A stretch of DNA of 64,000 nt, taken from assembly GCF_018977255.1 (NCBI RefSeq), contig NW_024704743.1, positions 64,296,001 through 64,360,000 of the forward strand, read 5' to 3'. Position 1 is the stretch's first letter, and each line of letters opens with the position of its first letter. The stretch comes from Callorhinchus milii (lineage: Eukaryota). Position numbers and translations under genes: made by a program. The notes beneath the pieces were generated by a model that was not told the DNA's origin, ran no database searches, and saw nothing but the letters and a program-made list of their open reading frames with translations. This document shows positions 1 through 13,312 of this stretch, one piece after another.

Positions 1-78
1 TCTAAGCTGTTGTTCTAATGTAATGCTGGGGGTGCGTTAATTGTGGGAGTCACAGACCTTTGGATGAGACATTAAAAC

Positions 79-615
79 GTAACATCGCCCGACTCCGCCA
101 TTACCTCACCCCTCAGGCCACTGAAACTCTTGTTCATGCCTTCATCACCTCCAGGCTCAACTATGCAAACGCCCTACTTGTCGGCCTTCCCAACTCCTCC
201 CTCCACAGTCTACAGATAATCCAGAACTCTGCAGCCCGGGTCCTCTCCCGCACTAAACTCCGTGACCCCATCTCCCCATTCTTCCGATTCCATTGGCTCT
301 CTATCCTTCAGAGGATCCAGTTCAAGATCCTGGTCCTCACCTACAAAGGCCTCCATGGCCTCGCCCCACCCTACCTCTACGACCTTCTAACCCCCTACCA
401 ACCCGCCTGCTCCCTCCGCTCAGCCGGCTCTGGCCTGTTCCACGTCCCCCGACCCATCCGCCCCACCATTGGCGAGAGAGCCTTCAGCCACTCTGCCCCC
501 AACCTCTAGAATTCCATCCCCCAATCACTCCACCTCGCCCCTTCCTTAGCCTCCTTGAAGTCCCACCTCAAGACCCTCCTCTTTGACCATGCCATTGGTC
601 ACCCCCCTTCCCCCT
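79..615 (+). mobile_element. L2-clade LINE, 3' fragment of ORF2
   Basis: Translates LVHAFITSRLNYANALL...RIQFKILVLTYK...LRS...RAFS, the L2 ORF2 C-terminus; near-identical to copies at ~9776-10970 and ~44233-45217. Confidence 0.9.
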
Positions 616-2872
616 TACGTAGTGTCATTTGACACCTTGATTCTGTGTTGAATCCCTCCTGGCACAGGTGTCAAGAATCTGCTCCCACTACCTGTGGATT
701 CTTGCTAAGTTTCTGTCTGTGGCATAAAATCCAGCTCTCCTTTTTGAGTCTGGGGTTAGATTTTCAGCTCTGGTTCCACTTGAATTCTCTCTCCAAAACC
801 CAAAGCATGCTCCATCTTAAATTTGATACAGGCCCCTGTTCCCAAACATTTCCAGATCCAACTCTTTTGCCATATTATAGAACCACTGCAGATGTTCACT
901 TCCTGTCAAATCCAAGGCTTCCTCTCAAATCTTAGACTTAGTCATTAACTGGCATGAACACAAAATATGTTTAGTTATTTCTTCCTATTTAAATTAATAG
1001 TGATCGATTGTGTGTACCCCCAGTCTCCTCCACACACCTCTCATACTCTTTCCCTGATAGATTCACATTTAAATGTCCTATGTTGTTTTTGATCAACGTT
1101 ACAGGATTGCCTAGTTTTAAAAGGGAATGTTCCACTACTCTTGTGCCAATGCCACTATCACAGCCATTTGTTTTTAGGCATCCACTAAATAAGAAAATAC
1201 CTATACAACTGTGCTCTATCACAGTTCAAAGTGCTTCACAAGTAACTACTGTTACATGTGGTGACTAGTTCTGTAGACAAAATAAGGCTTGAGCACACAC
1301 ACACATTTTCTGAACTGGAGGTGAGATTGCGACTGGCCAAGCAAATTTTCCAAAATTAACTGTCCAGCTCCTATTCTGTATAACCTCTGCCCAGTTCCCA
1401 TAAAATAATAATCCTTGCATTTGATATAGAGCCTTTTTATGTTATTGAGATGTCTCAAAGGCTGCAAAGAATATACTATCAAGTGGATTGACTGTATTTT
1501 GTGGGTGAAACACAGCAGCCAACTGGGCATGGCAATGTCCCACAAACAGTTATGGGGTGAATGACCAATTTTATTTGGAAGATTATTGGCCAGGACACTG
1601 GGAGAAACTTCCTTCTCTTTTCAAATAGTGGCATGGGATCTTTAGCATCCACCTGAACAGGCAGATGGGATCTCGATTTAACGTCTCATCCGTTAAATGT
1701 GTTTGCATTATGCGTTTGCAGAAAACAAGAAGTGACATTGGCTGTGACCTGAAAAAAACGAAAGTTAGCCAGGAAACAGCCAACTGTCAAACTGCTATCA
1801 CACTGCTATATAACCTGCTTTATGGATCCCAAACACACGGCTGCACTGTAATTTTAAATTAAGGCAACATTTTCCAAAAATTCTTAAGGACATTTTAGTT
1901 AACTTTTGAGTCAATCGTCTTAACAGTGCTCGATATGCTACCCTGGCTGAAGGGCTCTATATAAATGTGAGTTGTTGTTGCTCTCTTAAATTTAAGACCG
2001 TGAGACATTTCAGACCTTTGTTGTCTGGCTAGGTTGGAGCGTTTAAAAGTATTTTGGTGGAATGATCAATAATCAATGTTTCTATGTATGTACACCAAAA
2101 ACATACACACATAGTAACAGTCTGTTTTGAACTCAGCATGTGCAGTGCTGATTGTTTGCCCAGGGCTGTTGCTCTTCATTTGATCCTGGACAGGATGTAG
2201 TTGAGCACAATCATCCAGCTCTTGTGTGACTTTGTGCTGACAGTGAGATCCTGCAGAGTGACATGGCCACTTACACTGTTCAGAAGTACTTCCTGGGATC
2301 TCTCTTTCTCATGTTGTTCATTCTTTTATCCTTGCCAGAAGCAGCTGAACTTCCAGGCTTTTATTTTACCCTTGAATGTGGCAGATTTTAGTCTTTTACA
2401 ACTTTTATGCTGGATAAAGGAAGTTTGCATCATCCTTGTTATTACAATGAATCATGGCATTTTGAATCTGAATAATAATAATAGCATTTGATATAACGCC
2501 TTATCACGTCTTCGAGACGTCTCAAAATGCTTCGCAGAATATACTGTCAAGTGTATATGACTATATTTTGTGGGCGAAATTTTGTAATGCGTAAATAGTT
2601 AGAGACATGCTTTCAGTCACTGTGGGATTATTAGTAAAAGCAGTGACAGTTTTTTTTTGGCAAACATAGCAGCCATTTTGTCCACAAAAGGTCTCACGAA
2701 GAGCCATGTGATGAAGGACTTAATAGCGTGTGGGAATGTTGGCCACGATACTTGGAGAAGCTCCTCTTTTTGAATAGTGATATTGAATCTTTAACTTCTA
2801 TTGTAAGAACAGACAGATGGGTCCTTGGTTTAACATCTCAACTGAAAATTGAATGCATGCGGACTGGAAGGA

Positions 2873-3020
2873 ATATGTTAAATACTAGTGCAATGTGGGT
2901 TAAACCTTAGTAATGTGCGTGTTAAATGCCAGTATCGTGTGTGTTAAATACTTATAATTGGTGTGTTTAATACTTGTAGCGTGTGAGTTAAACATCAGTA
3001 TCTCTGAATGAAATACTCCA
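2873..3020 (+). repeat. Degenerate ~22-23-bp tandem repeat (gtgtgttaaatactagtaatgt-like, ~6 copies)
   Basis: Recurring gttaaa/gtttaa cores at about 22-23 nt spacing. Confidence 0.6.
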
Positions 3021-3577
3021 CTACTGCAGATGTAAGAAAATCAATTCAGCCCAGGGCCAATTTTACAAAACAGAATGAAAAAAGAAAAGAATATTTTAGA
3101 GAAGGACTAATGAAACAACTCCACCTAATGAGAGATAAGATATCAAACCACAAGCACAAAAGAGAAACCTCTGAGCCAGATTCATGATATAACACTGTAC
3201 ACCACCTGGACTGGCCATACCACAGTTAAGCTCTTTATGTAAGTTATACTAATGTAACCTATACTTGTGACTAATTGTGCAATACAAGCTTTCAGTGAGA
3301 TTCAAGACAAGCACTTTGGGTAAGCACAATGCTTATGTATTTGTTGTACAGTTGATTACAATCTCTATGGATTGGCACACAGGACCAACATTGGTTTCAT
3401 GTCACCCAAGATTTAGTTTGTTGCACTTATCTCCTGAGATATCAGCTTGTAATAGACCCTCCTCCACAATGCCAGCCGGGAGTGGGGAGGGGAGGTGGAT
3501 TCTGACTTGATACACTTCCCGTCAAGTGGATAGCTCAAAGTATTTCACACCACTGACTTGGTTCTCGAACTTAGGGG

Positions 3578-3902
3578 TGGAGTCCTGTAGCTCAGTGGTT
3601 AGAGCACTCGCTTTGCAAGTGAGAGACCTGAGTTCAATCCCAGGCAGGTCAGGGCGAAACCTTGGGCAAGTTTCCTTACTTCACACGCCTAATAATAATC
3701 CCTCCAAAACCCAAAACAATAATAAATTGGTCATTTTCAATCTACGGCTGTTTGTGGGACATTGCTGTGCGCAATTGGCTGCCGTGTTTGCCCACAAATA
3801 TACAGTCAATTCACTTCACAGTGTGTTCTGTGAAGCGCTTTGGGACGTCCTCCCGACGTGAAAAGCGCTATATCAAATGCAAGGATTATTATTATTATTA
3901 TT
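3578..3902 (+). mobile_element. Full-length young tRNA-derived SINE (type A)
   Basis: A box TAGCTCAGTGG, B box GAGTTCAATCC, LINE-like 3' stem-loop, (ATT)n tail; several near-identical copies in the window. Confidence 0.92.
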
Positions 3903-4100
3903 AGAGGGTGGAGGTGGTGGAGCTGAGGGGGGGATTCTGTTACAGATTGACCAGAATCACATTTGCATTTCCCTACTTCTTTAACCCAGGACAGTCAAAG
4001 AACTAAACTGAAAATGCTGCATGAAGAGTGGGGGAAATTATTCTTCAAATCCCCTGACACTGAACCTCTACTAACAATGAACAAATTTCTGTTTTCTCAG

Positions 4101-4225
4101 GTTATTGAACTCACTTCAAAACTCTACCATTCTCGCTAATTACAGTTCATCAAGTTTGGCTATGGACACATTCCTGAACCTCACTATTAGTACACTCAAT
4201 ATGTTGCATGAAGTCAGCGTTCAAG
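4101..4225 (+). CDS. ABCA13: ABCA13 exon (125 nt, phase 2->1): LLNSLQNST...FLNLTISTLNMLHEVSVQ
   Basis: ttttctcag acceptor, gtatgt donor, open frame; LNLTISTL resembles human LNVTISTL (recalled). Confidence 0.85.
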
Positions 4226-4959
4226 GTATGTACCCTCTTGAATTTAACTTTATGCTTGAATGAAACAACTGAGGGTATTGTTATATTTACTAATTAAGCC
4301 TGAAACTCAAGAAACAATCTTTAAACACTTTATGTGGTTTGGGAACATATCTCTAGACCTTAGCTCTATTTCAAACAATTGATGTATTTATATTTAATGT
4401 ATTATGACTTGCAGCAACTATTTTTGAAATCTAAGATATTCTATAGCATTTATAAATTTCTTTCTTCAGTTTTCAGCCTTTCTGCTTTTATTTCACTGCT
4501 TTTTTTAAAAAAAACCTATTTATTTCAACTGAACCACCTATAATGCACTAAACGGTCTCTGGTAACAGGACTTTCCTCCCAAGTCCTGACTCCGACTTTT
4601 ATCACCATCATGTTTGATACTGGCATCTTTTACATTTTGACCCTCTGAGAGTATTGTATGTGTTTTTGGTTTTGATTATTATCTTGGGTGAATCTTTAAA
4701 AGACTGATCAAATTCTAAATCACCCTTTATTATCAATCCGACTTTCCATTCTTTTCTCACTCATCTATATTTTACAGTAAATCTTATGAAGTTCTTTCAG
4801 AAGTTCTCCTGACATGAAATGTCAAACATGTCTAATTCAAGGATTACAATTATTATTATATCCATTAATGTTTATACTGCTCAGGTGCTTAATTCAGTTC
4901 CCTTTTGAATGATTCCTTTGATCCAATCTCAAAAGCCACGTGTAGTGAATGCCACACCA

Positions 4960-5205
4960 AAACAACAACAACTTGCATTTATACAGCTACCCTCACACAG
5001 GGTAGCATCCCAGAGTGCCTGAGAGAGCACAACACCGAGCTGGGGGGAGGAGGCCTTAGACAAGGTCTTCAAGCGCGACCTGAAGATGGGGAAGCAAGAG
5101 GCAAAGCGGAGGGATAGAGCAATAGTGTTCCAAAGTTTTGGGGTGTAGTGGCTGAAAGCCCGGCCACTGATGGTGGAATGGAGGGCACGAGGGACACGCA
5201 GGGTA
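4960..5205 (-). mobile_element. Older L2 3' end fragment (similar remnants at ~21575-21830, 24640-24915, 58010-58220)
   Basis: GRAFSHYTPKLWN translation; caacaac tail. Confidence 0.75.
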
Positions 5206-5330
5206 ATAACAACAATCCTATGAGAAAAAAATAACAAAAAATCTGGAAATGTTTGTTACAGAATGTGACATTTTGGTGATTTTAGAATGATACAAATAGA
5301 AATTTATGTAACCAACATTCTAACTTATAG

Positions 5331-5437
5331 GTCTGCAAAATTCCCTGCGAGAGAGCTGGATAAAGTTAAAACTGGAACCCATCTTGGGTCCTCAGATGAC
5401 TGCACAATTGCTCAATATATCCATTCCTTTACTTGAG
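5331..5437 (+). CDS. ABCA13: ABCA13 exon (107 nt, phase 1->0): LQNSLRESWIKLKLEPILGPQMTAQLLNISIPLLE
   Basis: ttatag acceptor, gtaaga donor, phase fits previous exon; TAQLLN resembles human TEQILN (recalled). Confidence 0.8.
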
Positions 5438-8400
5438 GTAAGAACAACAGCATATTTTACGTCTGCAAATATTTTCTTTTTTGCATTTGAGAATATTATT
5501 TATCTTCTTTACATCCTTAATATATCAAATGCCTAGCTCATATGATAGCCTCTGAGACAGAATGTTGTGGTTCAAGACCCACATCGCAATTTTGAATTTG
5601 CAGTCTTGGTTGACTCTCCAAAGCAGTGCTGCGGGCGGTGGGGGGTGGGTGTTGTGTTGTCAGAGTGATGTCTTCCTGGTGAGGTATTAATCCACCTGCC
5701 TATTTAGGTAACTATTAAGCATCCAATAACACTATTCAAAAAGAGGAAGATGTTTCTCCCACTGTCCTGGCCAACAATCACCCAGATAAAATACCAAACT
5801 TCACAGTAAAATCCTGCAAAGCGCTTTGAGCAGTCTCGGCAACGTGATAATGCCCTATATCAAATGCAAGGATTAAAATATTGAATTATATATTCACTTT
5901 TTCTAATGGTATGTTTCCTGGATTGGTAAAGAAAAAAAATCATGAGTAGCATTGAGTAAGTAGTCTCAAACATCCCTTGTAGTGAATGCCACACCATAAC
6001 AACAACAACTTGCATTTATATATTTATGTCCGATACAGTGGTATGGGAAATGGCAGGTAAGTGGGACTGAAAAGATTGCTCATGAGGAGGCAGCAGAGAC
6101 ACGATGGACCGAACCGCCTTCTTCTGTACCATAAATTTCTATAGTTCTATAGGCAGAACTGTGGCACTTGTTTTTCTTGTCTGTGGTTCCCCAGTTAGTT
6201 CAGTGGGGAGGTAAAAAATAATGGAAGGTTTGCCAATTTTTGTGTACTTTACACAATGGGATTTAATTTCCATTGATCTTTTTATATTGTCCTTATAATG
6301 GAAATTCCCATCTTTTGTGACCAATGTAAAATAATCTACAATATCTATAGCAATTGATTACAGAGTGGCAAGGCTTTTACCTTCTCCTGGGACATGTGCT
6401 TTGTCTTTGGACAATGTGTGTGTTTATCTTGATGCTAACAAAATGTACAGTCAATTCACTTTGCAGTATATTCTGTGAAGTGCTTTGAGACGTCTCCAAG
6501 ATGTGATAAGGCACTGTATCAAATGCAAGGATTATTATTAATAATACTAATCATAGAAGCAAGGAGGAGGGCCTCTGGGATGGAGTTCCAGAGAGCAGGA
6601 ACAGAATGGCTAAACGCTCGCCTATCTTGGGGCCTAGTGGGTAAGGGCTAGACTGAATTGTTTGCAGGCACAGCCCTTTAGTTTGGCTGCCACAATGCCA
6701 TTGTGTTAAAGACTTCTAGTTTTGTTGGGTAATGTGGTCTTCAGGAGAGCAGAAATTCTTACCACTTGGCTCCGGTTAACCCTGCAAACCACCACATGAT
6801 AGGGTGGAATAAAAACCAGATGGAATTTCCATGCACATATCAAAATCTCGTTCAGGTACTGCAACACCAGCCCATTGCACAAGCTTTAGATATGTGGATT
6901 GCTTAAGGAAACATTTTAGACATACAGGCAAACCTGTTTTCAGTAACCATTCATGGGACTGAAACAAAGTCGCCTTTATGTAAGGGTGGCCTCTAACTAA
7001 GGTTTGGAGCTGCGTAGAATTTCTAAGTGTTTAAATGTATAGAAAAATACAGTGCATGTACAAGCCCATAAATCAAACTACACTTAATTTTAACAAATAA
7101 GAGAAATTTACTACACTAATTAATTTTGTTAGAGAATGTGTGGTAATATTACAAAGAAGGATATTCTGGTTAATTTTACACAAACAAAAGTAAACTCAGC
7201 AAAATTGCTCCTCCATTTGTCAGATTCCACTTTTTCTCATTTCAATTTTGAATGAAAATCAAATCCTTACGTAAATGTCGAGCAATTCCCTTGAACCGAA
7301 TTAATTCCTTATCCATCTGCTGTTATCTGCCACCAAAGCCAACTATTGATTTGTATATGATTTAGAGCTCATTTGTCATCTTTAGAAATGCCCCACATGG
7401 GCTTTACAAATTCCTGTTATGTATACTCTGATGCATCGCAAAAAACATTTTACTAAATGTCTTTCAAAGTAATGTTCTCTGAATGGTAGTAGCTTCAGCA
7501 TAAAAATAATGGACTGTGGGATCTGAAAATGTGGCAGAGCACTTATTTGGCTGAGTGTGCTGCCACCAAGTGGGTGATATTTTACACTGGCCATAGTTTT
7601 GAAATATTGTAAACTTTACCCCTCAATATGTTAATTATCAAATGATCAAATCTATTATCTTGACCAGTGAAGTTCTGATATCTTTACCTGAGGACTTTCT
7701 GTAAGATTACCACCTGTAACTGCAGGCAGCTCCTTGTGACTGGAGAGGCCAGAATTGTAACCTGAGCTCTTCATCACCTTTTCAATAAAGTTTAATTTAA
7801 GTCACTAAGTAGCAGATTGGAAAGTTTGAGATTCACACATACTAGACAGCTGTGGCATACTTGATCACTTTTATTGGGTGGTCTAACTGACTGACTGACC
7901 AGCTGTCTCCAGTGGAGTATTATCAAAATATTGTTTCTCCTCAGCTGCTTTTCATGGGCATCTTCAATTATTGTTCACTTAATAAAAGTAATAATTGTTG
8001 CATTTATGCTGGTTAGATCCGTGTTGAGATGTTGTTGAGACGTCTCAAAGCGTTTTACAGGATATACTGCAAAAAAGATTTTCTGTATATTTTGTGGGAG
8101 AAACTTCTCTCCTGTGAATTTATTAATCTCTTTGTTTGTATTCCCATTATTGTCTTTTATTCGTGTCTTCCATTTAAATCCTGTGCACCAGTTATATTAT
8201 GGCTCTCCCAAACCCTGTATGTTTGAACCTCAGTGCAGCCCTATTATAACGCACTTCACTGCAAATTCACTTATACAGTAAACTCCTTGACCCTGGCTTA
8301 ACTTGTCACTACCACTTAAGTCACCCTTATGTCAATATCCCAGCTGCTTCCCATGCAAAATGTTAACAAGGGATTCTGCTTTACTTGTCACTTTGCTTGA

Positions 8401-9775
8401 CACATATAACATGTCCCATTCTAGAAAATTTTTTAAGCTCTTATAATGTAAAATTGATTGGATAACTTGTCCCATAAGATGGTGTATTGCATCACAGAGG
8501 CCTCCTGCCCCATCCTGTGACAAGTGCAAGCAGTCGGTGGAGGTTGGGTGCACATCCTCAGATACATCTCAGAGACCTCTGATCTATTGGAGTGTCAGGC
8601 TGTGGCCTCCTGCGCTGTCTCCCACCCTATCCTGCAACAGGATGGGGAGGCCACACCCAATCGCCACCAAGCGCCTGCACCAGTCACAATGCCCCCTTGT
8701 GGCACAGGAGGAATTATGTCTTACCACTCCAGATAACTCATTGCTGAGCTCTTTTCCCTACGAGTGATGAGTTTTCCAGAGTTTGCTGTTATGTATATGT
8801 ACTATTGACTCAATTCACTACACATTGGAAACTTATGGATCCAAATCATGTTGTAATGATGGCTGCACTATAATATGAATGGAGTAGGCAACCATACATT
8901 TTCAATCAGTGCTACCAGCTGTGCTCCATTGCTGAATTAATTCATGATCAGGAGCTAACAAATGCAGTAGTACAGGTTAGTGGGACTGGGAACCTCAGAG
9001 GGTGGAAAGATTTGTTCAAAATCATCTACTGATATATCAGTTGGAAATCTCAATCATCAATTGCAGACTTGAGTTTGTGCTGGTTCGATCTGGTTGGGTG
9101 ACAAGCTGGGTCCAAAATAAATCAAATGCTACTCACAAAGGGAAAGTGTTGGCATTGGTGGAATAATGACAGGGGCTTTGCAAATACGCCATTCCATTCT
9201 ACTTGTTCAACCTGGTAGGCTTTACGTGCACATTAGATGAAAAAATGCAATGTGAATACAATTCAGTTGCAATGTAGCTTGTTCAGTGAACGTAATGCTC
9301 TGAGTCAGGTTTCTGGGTTCGAGCCTCATGTCAGGACATGGAACTCACAGTTGAAGCTGACACTCCAGAGCAGTGCTGGCGGAGAGCTACATTGTTGAAG
9401 GTGCCCGTCCTTCAGATGAGATGATAAAACAGGGTCTCGTCTATAGGTGGCCTTGAATCCTGGACCATGTTGAGCAAGCTGATTTGGGGTGCTACAGTTG
9501 ACCCCAATGTTGCAGGGTTAGTGAGTGCAACATTCCTGCTTTTGATCATTAACCAGAAACCTCTGATGGAAGGTGGGGATTTGGCGCAGCTGCGATTGAC
9601 CCCTCCATCCACCACCTCACCCACAGTTGAGTAACTTGTCAACACTTGCTCACACATGAATAATTAAAAATGATCACTTGGCAATCTACATGAAGGTGCC
9701 CAATCCTTTGAAACCCTGCCCCAGTTAATGGAAAAAATAGTCAAATGTCTTCAGGAGTGGAGGAGAGAAATTTGA

Positions 9776-10970
9776 AGAACAACAACAACAAGATTACATT
9801 TGTATAGCACCTTTCATGTAGGGAGGATGTCCCAAGGCGCTGGACAGTGTTCTGCATTTCAGACCTGAGCTGGGGTTGGGGGGGGGAAAGGGAGGGGAGG
9901 GGAAGGAGGGTGACCAATGGCATGGTTGAAGAGGAGGGTCTTGAGGCGGGACTTGAAGGAGGCTAAAAAGGGGTCGAGGTGGAGTGACTGGGGGATGGAA
10001 TTCCAGAGGTTGGGGGCAGAGTGGCTGAAGGCTCTCCCACTGATGGTGGGGTGGGTGGGTCGGGGGATGTGGAGCAGGCCAGAGCCTGCTGAGCAGAGGG
10101 AATGGGCGGGTTGGTAGGGTGTTAGGAGGTCGCAGAGGTACAGTGGGGCGAGGCCATTGAGGGCTTTGTATGTGAGGACCAGGATCTTGAACTGGATCCT
10201 CTAAAGGATAGGGAGCCAATGGAGTCGGGCGAGAGTGGGGGAGATGGGGTCACGGAGTTTGGTGCGGGAGAGGACATGGGCTGCAGAGTTCTGGGTTATC
10301 TGCAGACTGTGGAGGGAGAAGTTGGGAAGGCCGACAAGCAGAGCATTTGCATAGTCGAGCCTGGAGGTGATGAAGGCATGAACAAGAGTTTCAGCGGCCT
10401 GAGGGGTGAGGTAGTGGCGGAGTCGGGCGATGTTACGGATGTGAGGGAAGGCAGAGTGGGTCATGGCTTGAATGTGGGGAAGTAAAGACAGTTGAGGGTT
10501 GAACAAGACACCAGGTCCCTGACTGGCTGGTGAGTTGATGTGCAACCATGGAGGTTGATGTTGCCAGAGCCTGAGGTGCTGAGGCGCTGGCCCGAGCCAA
10601 TCAGGAGGGCCTCAGTCTTGTTCACATTCAACTGTAGGAAATTTGCCCTCATTCAGGACTTGATGTCCGACAGACAGTCTGTCAGGACAGCAGTGGTCCT
10701 GGAGTTGAGGGTGGAGGCAGAAAGATAGATTGGGTGTCATCCGCATACATATGGAAGTTGACCCCATGTCTGCGGATGATGTCACCAAGGGGGAGCACGT
10801 AGATATTAAAGAGGAGAGGGCCAAGGGCAGAGCCCTGGGAGACCCCAGATGTGACAGTGCGGGGGCTGGAGGAGAAACTGTTAGAGGCAACAAAGTGGAG
10901 ACGGTAAGAGAGATAGGAATTGAACCAGACAAGGGCAGATCCGCAAAGATTGAGTAAAGCGGAGAGGCGG
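9776..10970 (-). mobile_element. 5'-truncated L2 LINE with frameshifted RT domain and (TTG)n tail
   Basis: GVSQGSALGPLLF, HMYADDTQ, LNVNKTE and SRLDYAN motifs spread over several frames; aacaac tail. Confidence 0.93.
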
Positions 10971-12959
10971 AATAGAAGTGGAATAGACAGAAAAAGAAAA
11001 TGTAAAAAGAAACATTGATGTTTGTTTGCATGGTTTACCATTTTTGTTGTGGTGCCCCCTTGGCTTATTGTGCACATTTCCCAGTTGGAGGCATGTGGTT
11101 CAGTGTAAACTGCTCTCTTTTAACTTTGAGAGCCATTGAACTTTGTGTCACTGTTTTGTCTTTGTTTAGGAGCCAGTGACAGTAAGCACAAGGAAGGTAT
11201 AGATTTCAGTGCTCTGTCCCAAAGCTGTGTACTCAGTGTTTCTCTGTGGCTTTTCTCTTATGAGTTGCTTTTGTGGTTGTTTCATTGCTTTTGTTGTGGT
11301 AGGAGAGAGGAGAGGGTGGAGTGATTTCTTCTAACATTGCAATGCTGATTTTCAGGTTTTTCTCACATTTCACTTCACCCTGCACTTCACTTATTGTTAT
11401 CTTACAAATGACAAATAAGCACATGAGCAATGATCATATGTTTGTTGCATTCCAAACTGTGAACACTGAAAAAAATAATTCTGGGTCAAAACATAGAATT
11501 CCATAGAATCTACAGCATTGAAATAGGCCATTTGACCCAACTAGCTTATGCCAATACTTGGACTCCACATTAGCTTCCATCCATTCGTACTCCCCTCCCA
11601 CATCCTCTCTTGAATCCCATTTTGGAGCTAAACCCCCCAAATAAAAAGTGGTCACTCATTCCATGGCTATTCGTAGGACATTACTGTGTGCAAATTGCCT
11701 GCTGTGTTTGCCCACAAAATGTACAGTCACACCACTTTAAAATATATCCTGTGAAATGCTTTGAGATTTCTCGATGATATATCAAATGCAAGGGTTATTA
11801 TTTTGTTTTTCCTTACGTTTGCCTAAGCAAGAAGTTAGAAGGCATGCGAATGAGGAAGATAACAGCAGTTGCCCTTTATCAGATCAATAAAGACCTTAAG
11901 TTCCTCTTTTCATTGACTTATCGTCTTCTACCTTTTTCATCATGGCCACTATTCGCCTCTCATTTCCTGTTTGTGGCTGAGCATTTATGTTCTGAAGCAA
12001 ATCTATGAAATTAACCTGCCTTTCTTATTTAGATGCACACTGCCTTGCTGCAAATTGGAAGCAATTCTGTACTTGTTATATCATTTTCGTTTGTTTCCTT
12101 GCCAGTGAAATTCATTCCTTGAAATTAACACTTGCCTGATGAGATTGGATTTGGTTTACCTTCAGGCCACACGCTCATTTCATTATAAATCATAATAGAG
12201 TTTTGGAAAAATGTATAGCATTTTATTCTCGGTTCTGAATCCTGTTTAACCATATGTTCAATATCTAGTTATTTTAATAAGCATTTATTTTGTCTATCTT
12301 ATTGTGAAAGGTGCACACTGTTTGTTGTGACTGCGTTGCTTATCCATTTGTTAGCTCCGAGGTGAACAATATTTTTGAAGTTAGAGACATAAGATATTTA
12401 AAGAGAGTGTGAAGCTCATTGAACAAAAGGCATTTAAACAGATTTTATTTCTGAAGAGCAATTAGCTTGTTGAGCAAACAAAACTAGAATCCAGAATAGT
12501 ATCCTAGTTACTCAGTGGAAAAAAATATGGACCTATTGTTCATGGGAATGTGATACTCGTGAAAACATAACTCCTTTTCAGATATTTAATCTGAAATGGT
12601 GAAGATATTGTGAGCTTTTTTCATGTGCAAATGGTTGGCAGCAAGATTAAACCATAATAATAATAATAGAAAGCCTTGCACTTGATATAGCATTCATCGT
12701 GTCATTGAGACATCTCACGTCATGGGATTTAGACTGAAGTGTGTAACTGTAGGTGAATGCATCAATCAATTTGTGCAGAACAATGTCTCCCCCACAGCCA
12801 CCAAGTTTATCTGGGAGATTATTGGGCACGACAGTGGGAGTAACTCCCTCCTCCTTTTGAATAGTGTCATGGATGCAACACGATACAACGCATCACACCA
12901 CTGAGGAAGCAAAAGAAAGTACTAGTTAATTTCCTAAATATTTGAATGAATGTGATATT

Positions 12960-13312
12960 AATAATCCTTGCATTTTGATATAGTGCCTTATCACATTGTA
13001 GACACGTCTCAAAGCGCTTCACAGAATATGCTGTAGAGTGAATTGACTGTATATTTTGTGGGCGAAACATGGCAGCTAATTGCACACAGCAGTGTCCCAC
13101 AAACAGTCATGGATTGAATGACCAAATAATTATTTTTGCGGGAGAAGCGATTATTACCACTGGAAAGCGACCTGCCAATCGACTAACAACTGGGTCCCTA
13201 CTTACTACTGGGGAAACAGAAGTGTGTGGAGTAAGGAAACGTGCCTAAGGTTTCACCCTGCCTGGGAAAGGAACTGGGGTGCTCTCGCTTGCGAGACGAG
13301 TGTGCTAAGCAA
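12960..13312 (-). mobile_element. tRNA-derived SINE, older subtype B with a different middle segment (also ~50160-50485)
   Basis: Same head and tail as type A but with a distinct internal segment (ttaccactggaaagcga...gactaac). Confidence 0.82.

Noticed and set aside
3579..3650. tRNA-Ala(TGC)-like cloverleaf (also at 19566, 26259, 46210, 49632)
   Set aside because: It is the head of a multi-copy SINE: imperfect acceptor stem and always followed by the SINE body and tail
9794..11077. Overlapping RT-like ORFs as an active retroelement, retron or host gene
   Set aside because: 5'-truncated, frameshifted L2 copy with no endonuclease domain; the same applies to 60-509, 44042-44882 and the CR1 ORFs
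11170..11196. Possible 12- or 27-nt micro-exon (EPVT/EPVTVSTRK)
   Set aside because: Plausible splice signals but no homology support; cannot be distinguished from chance
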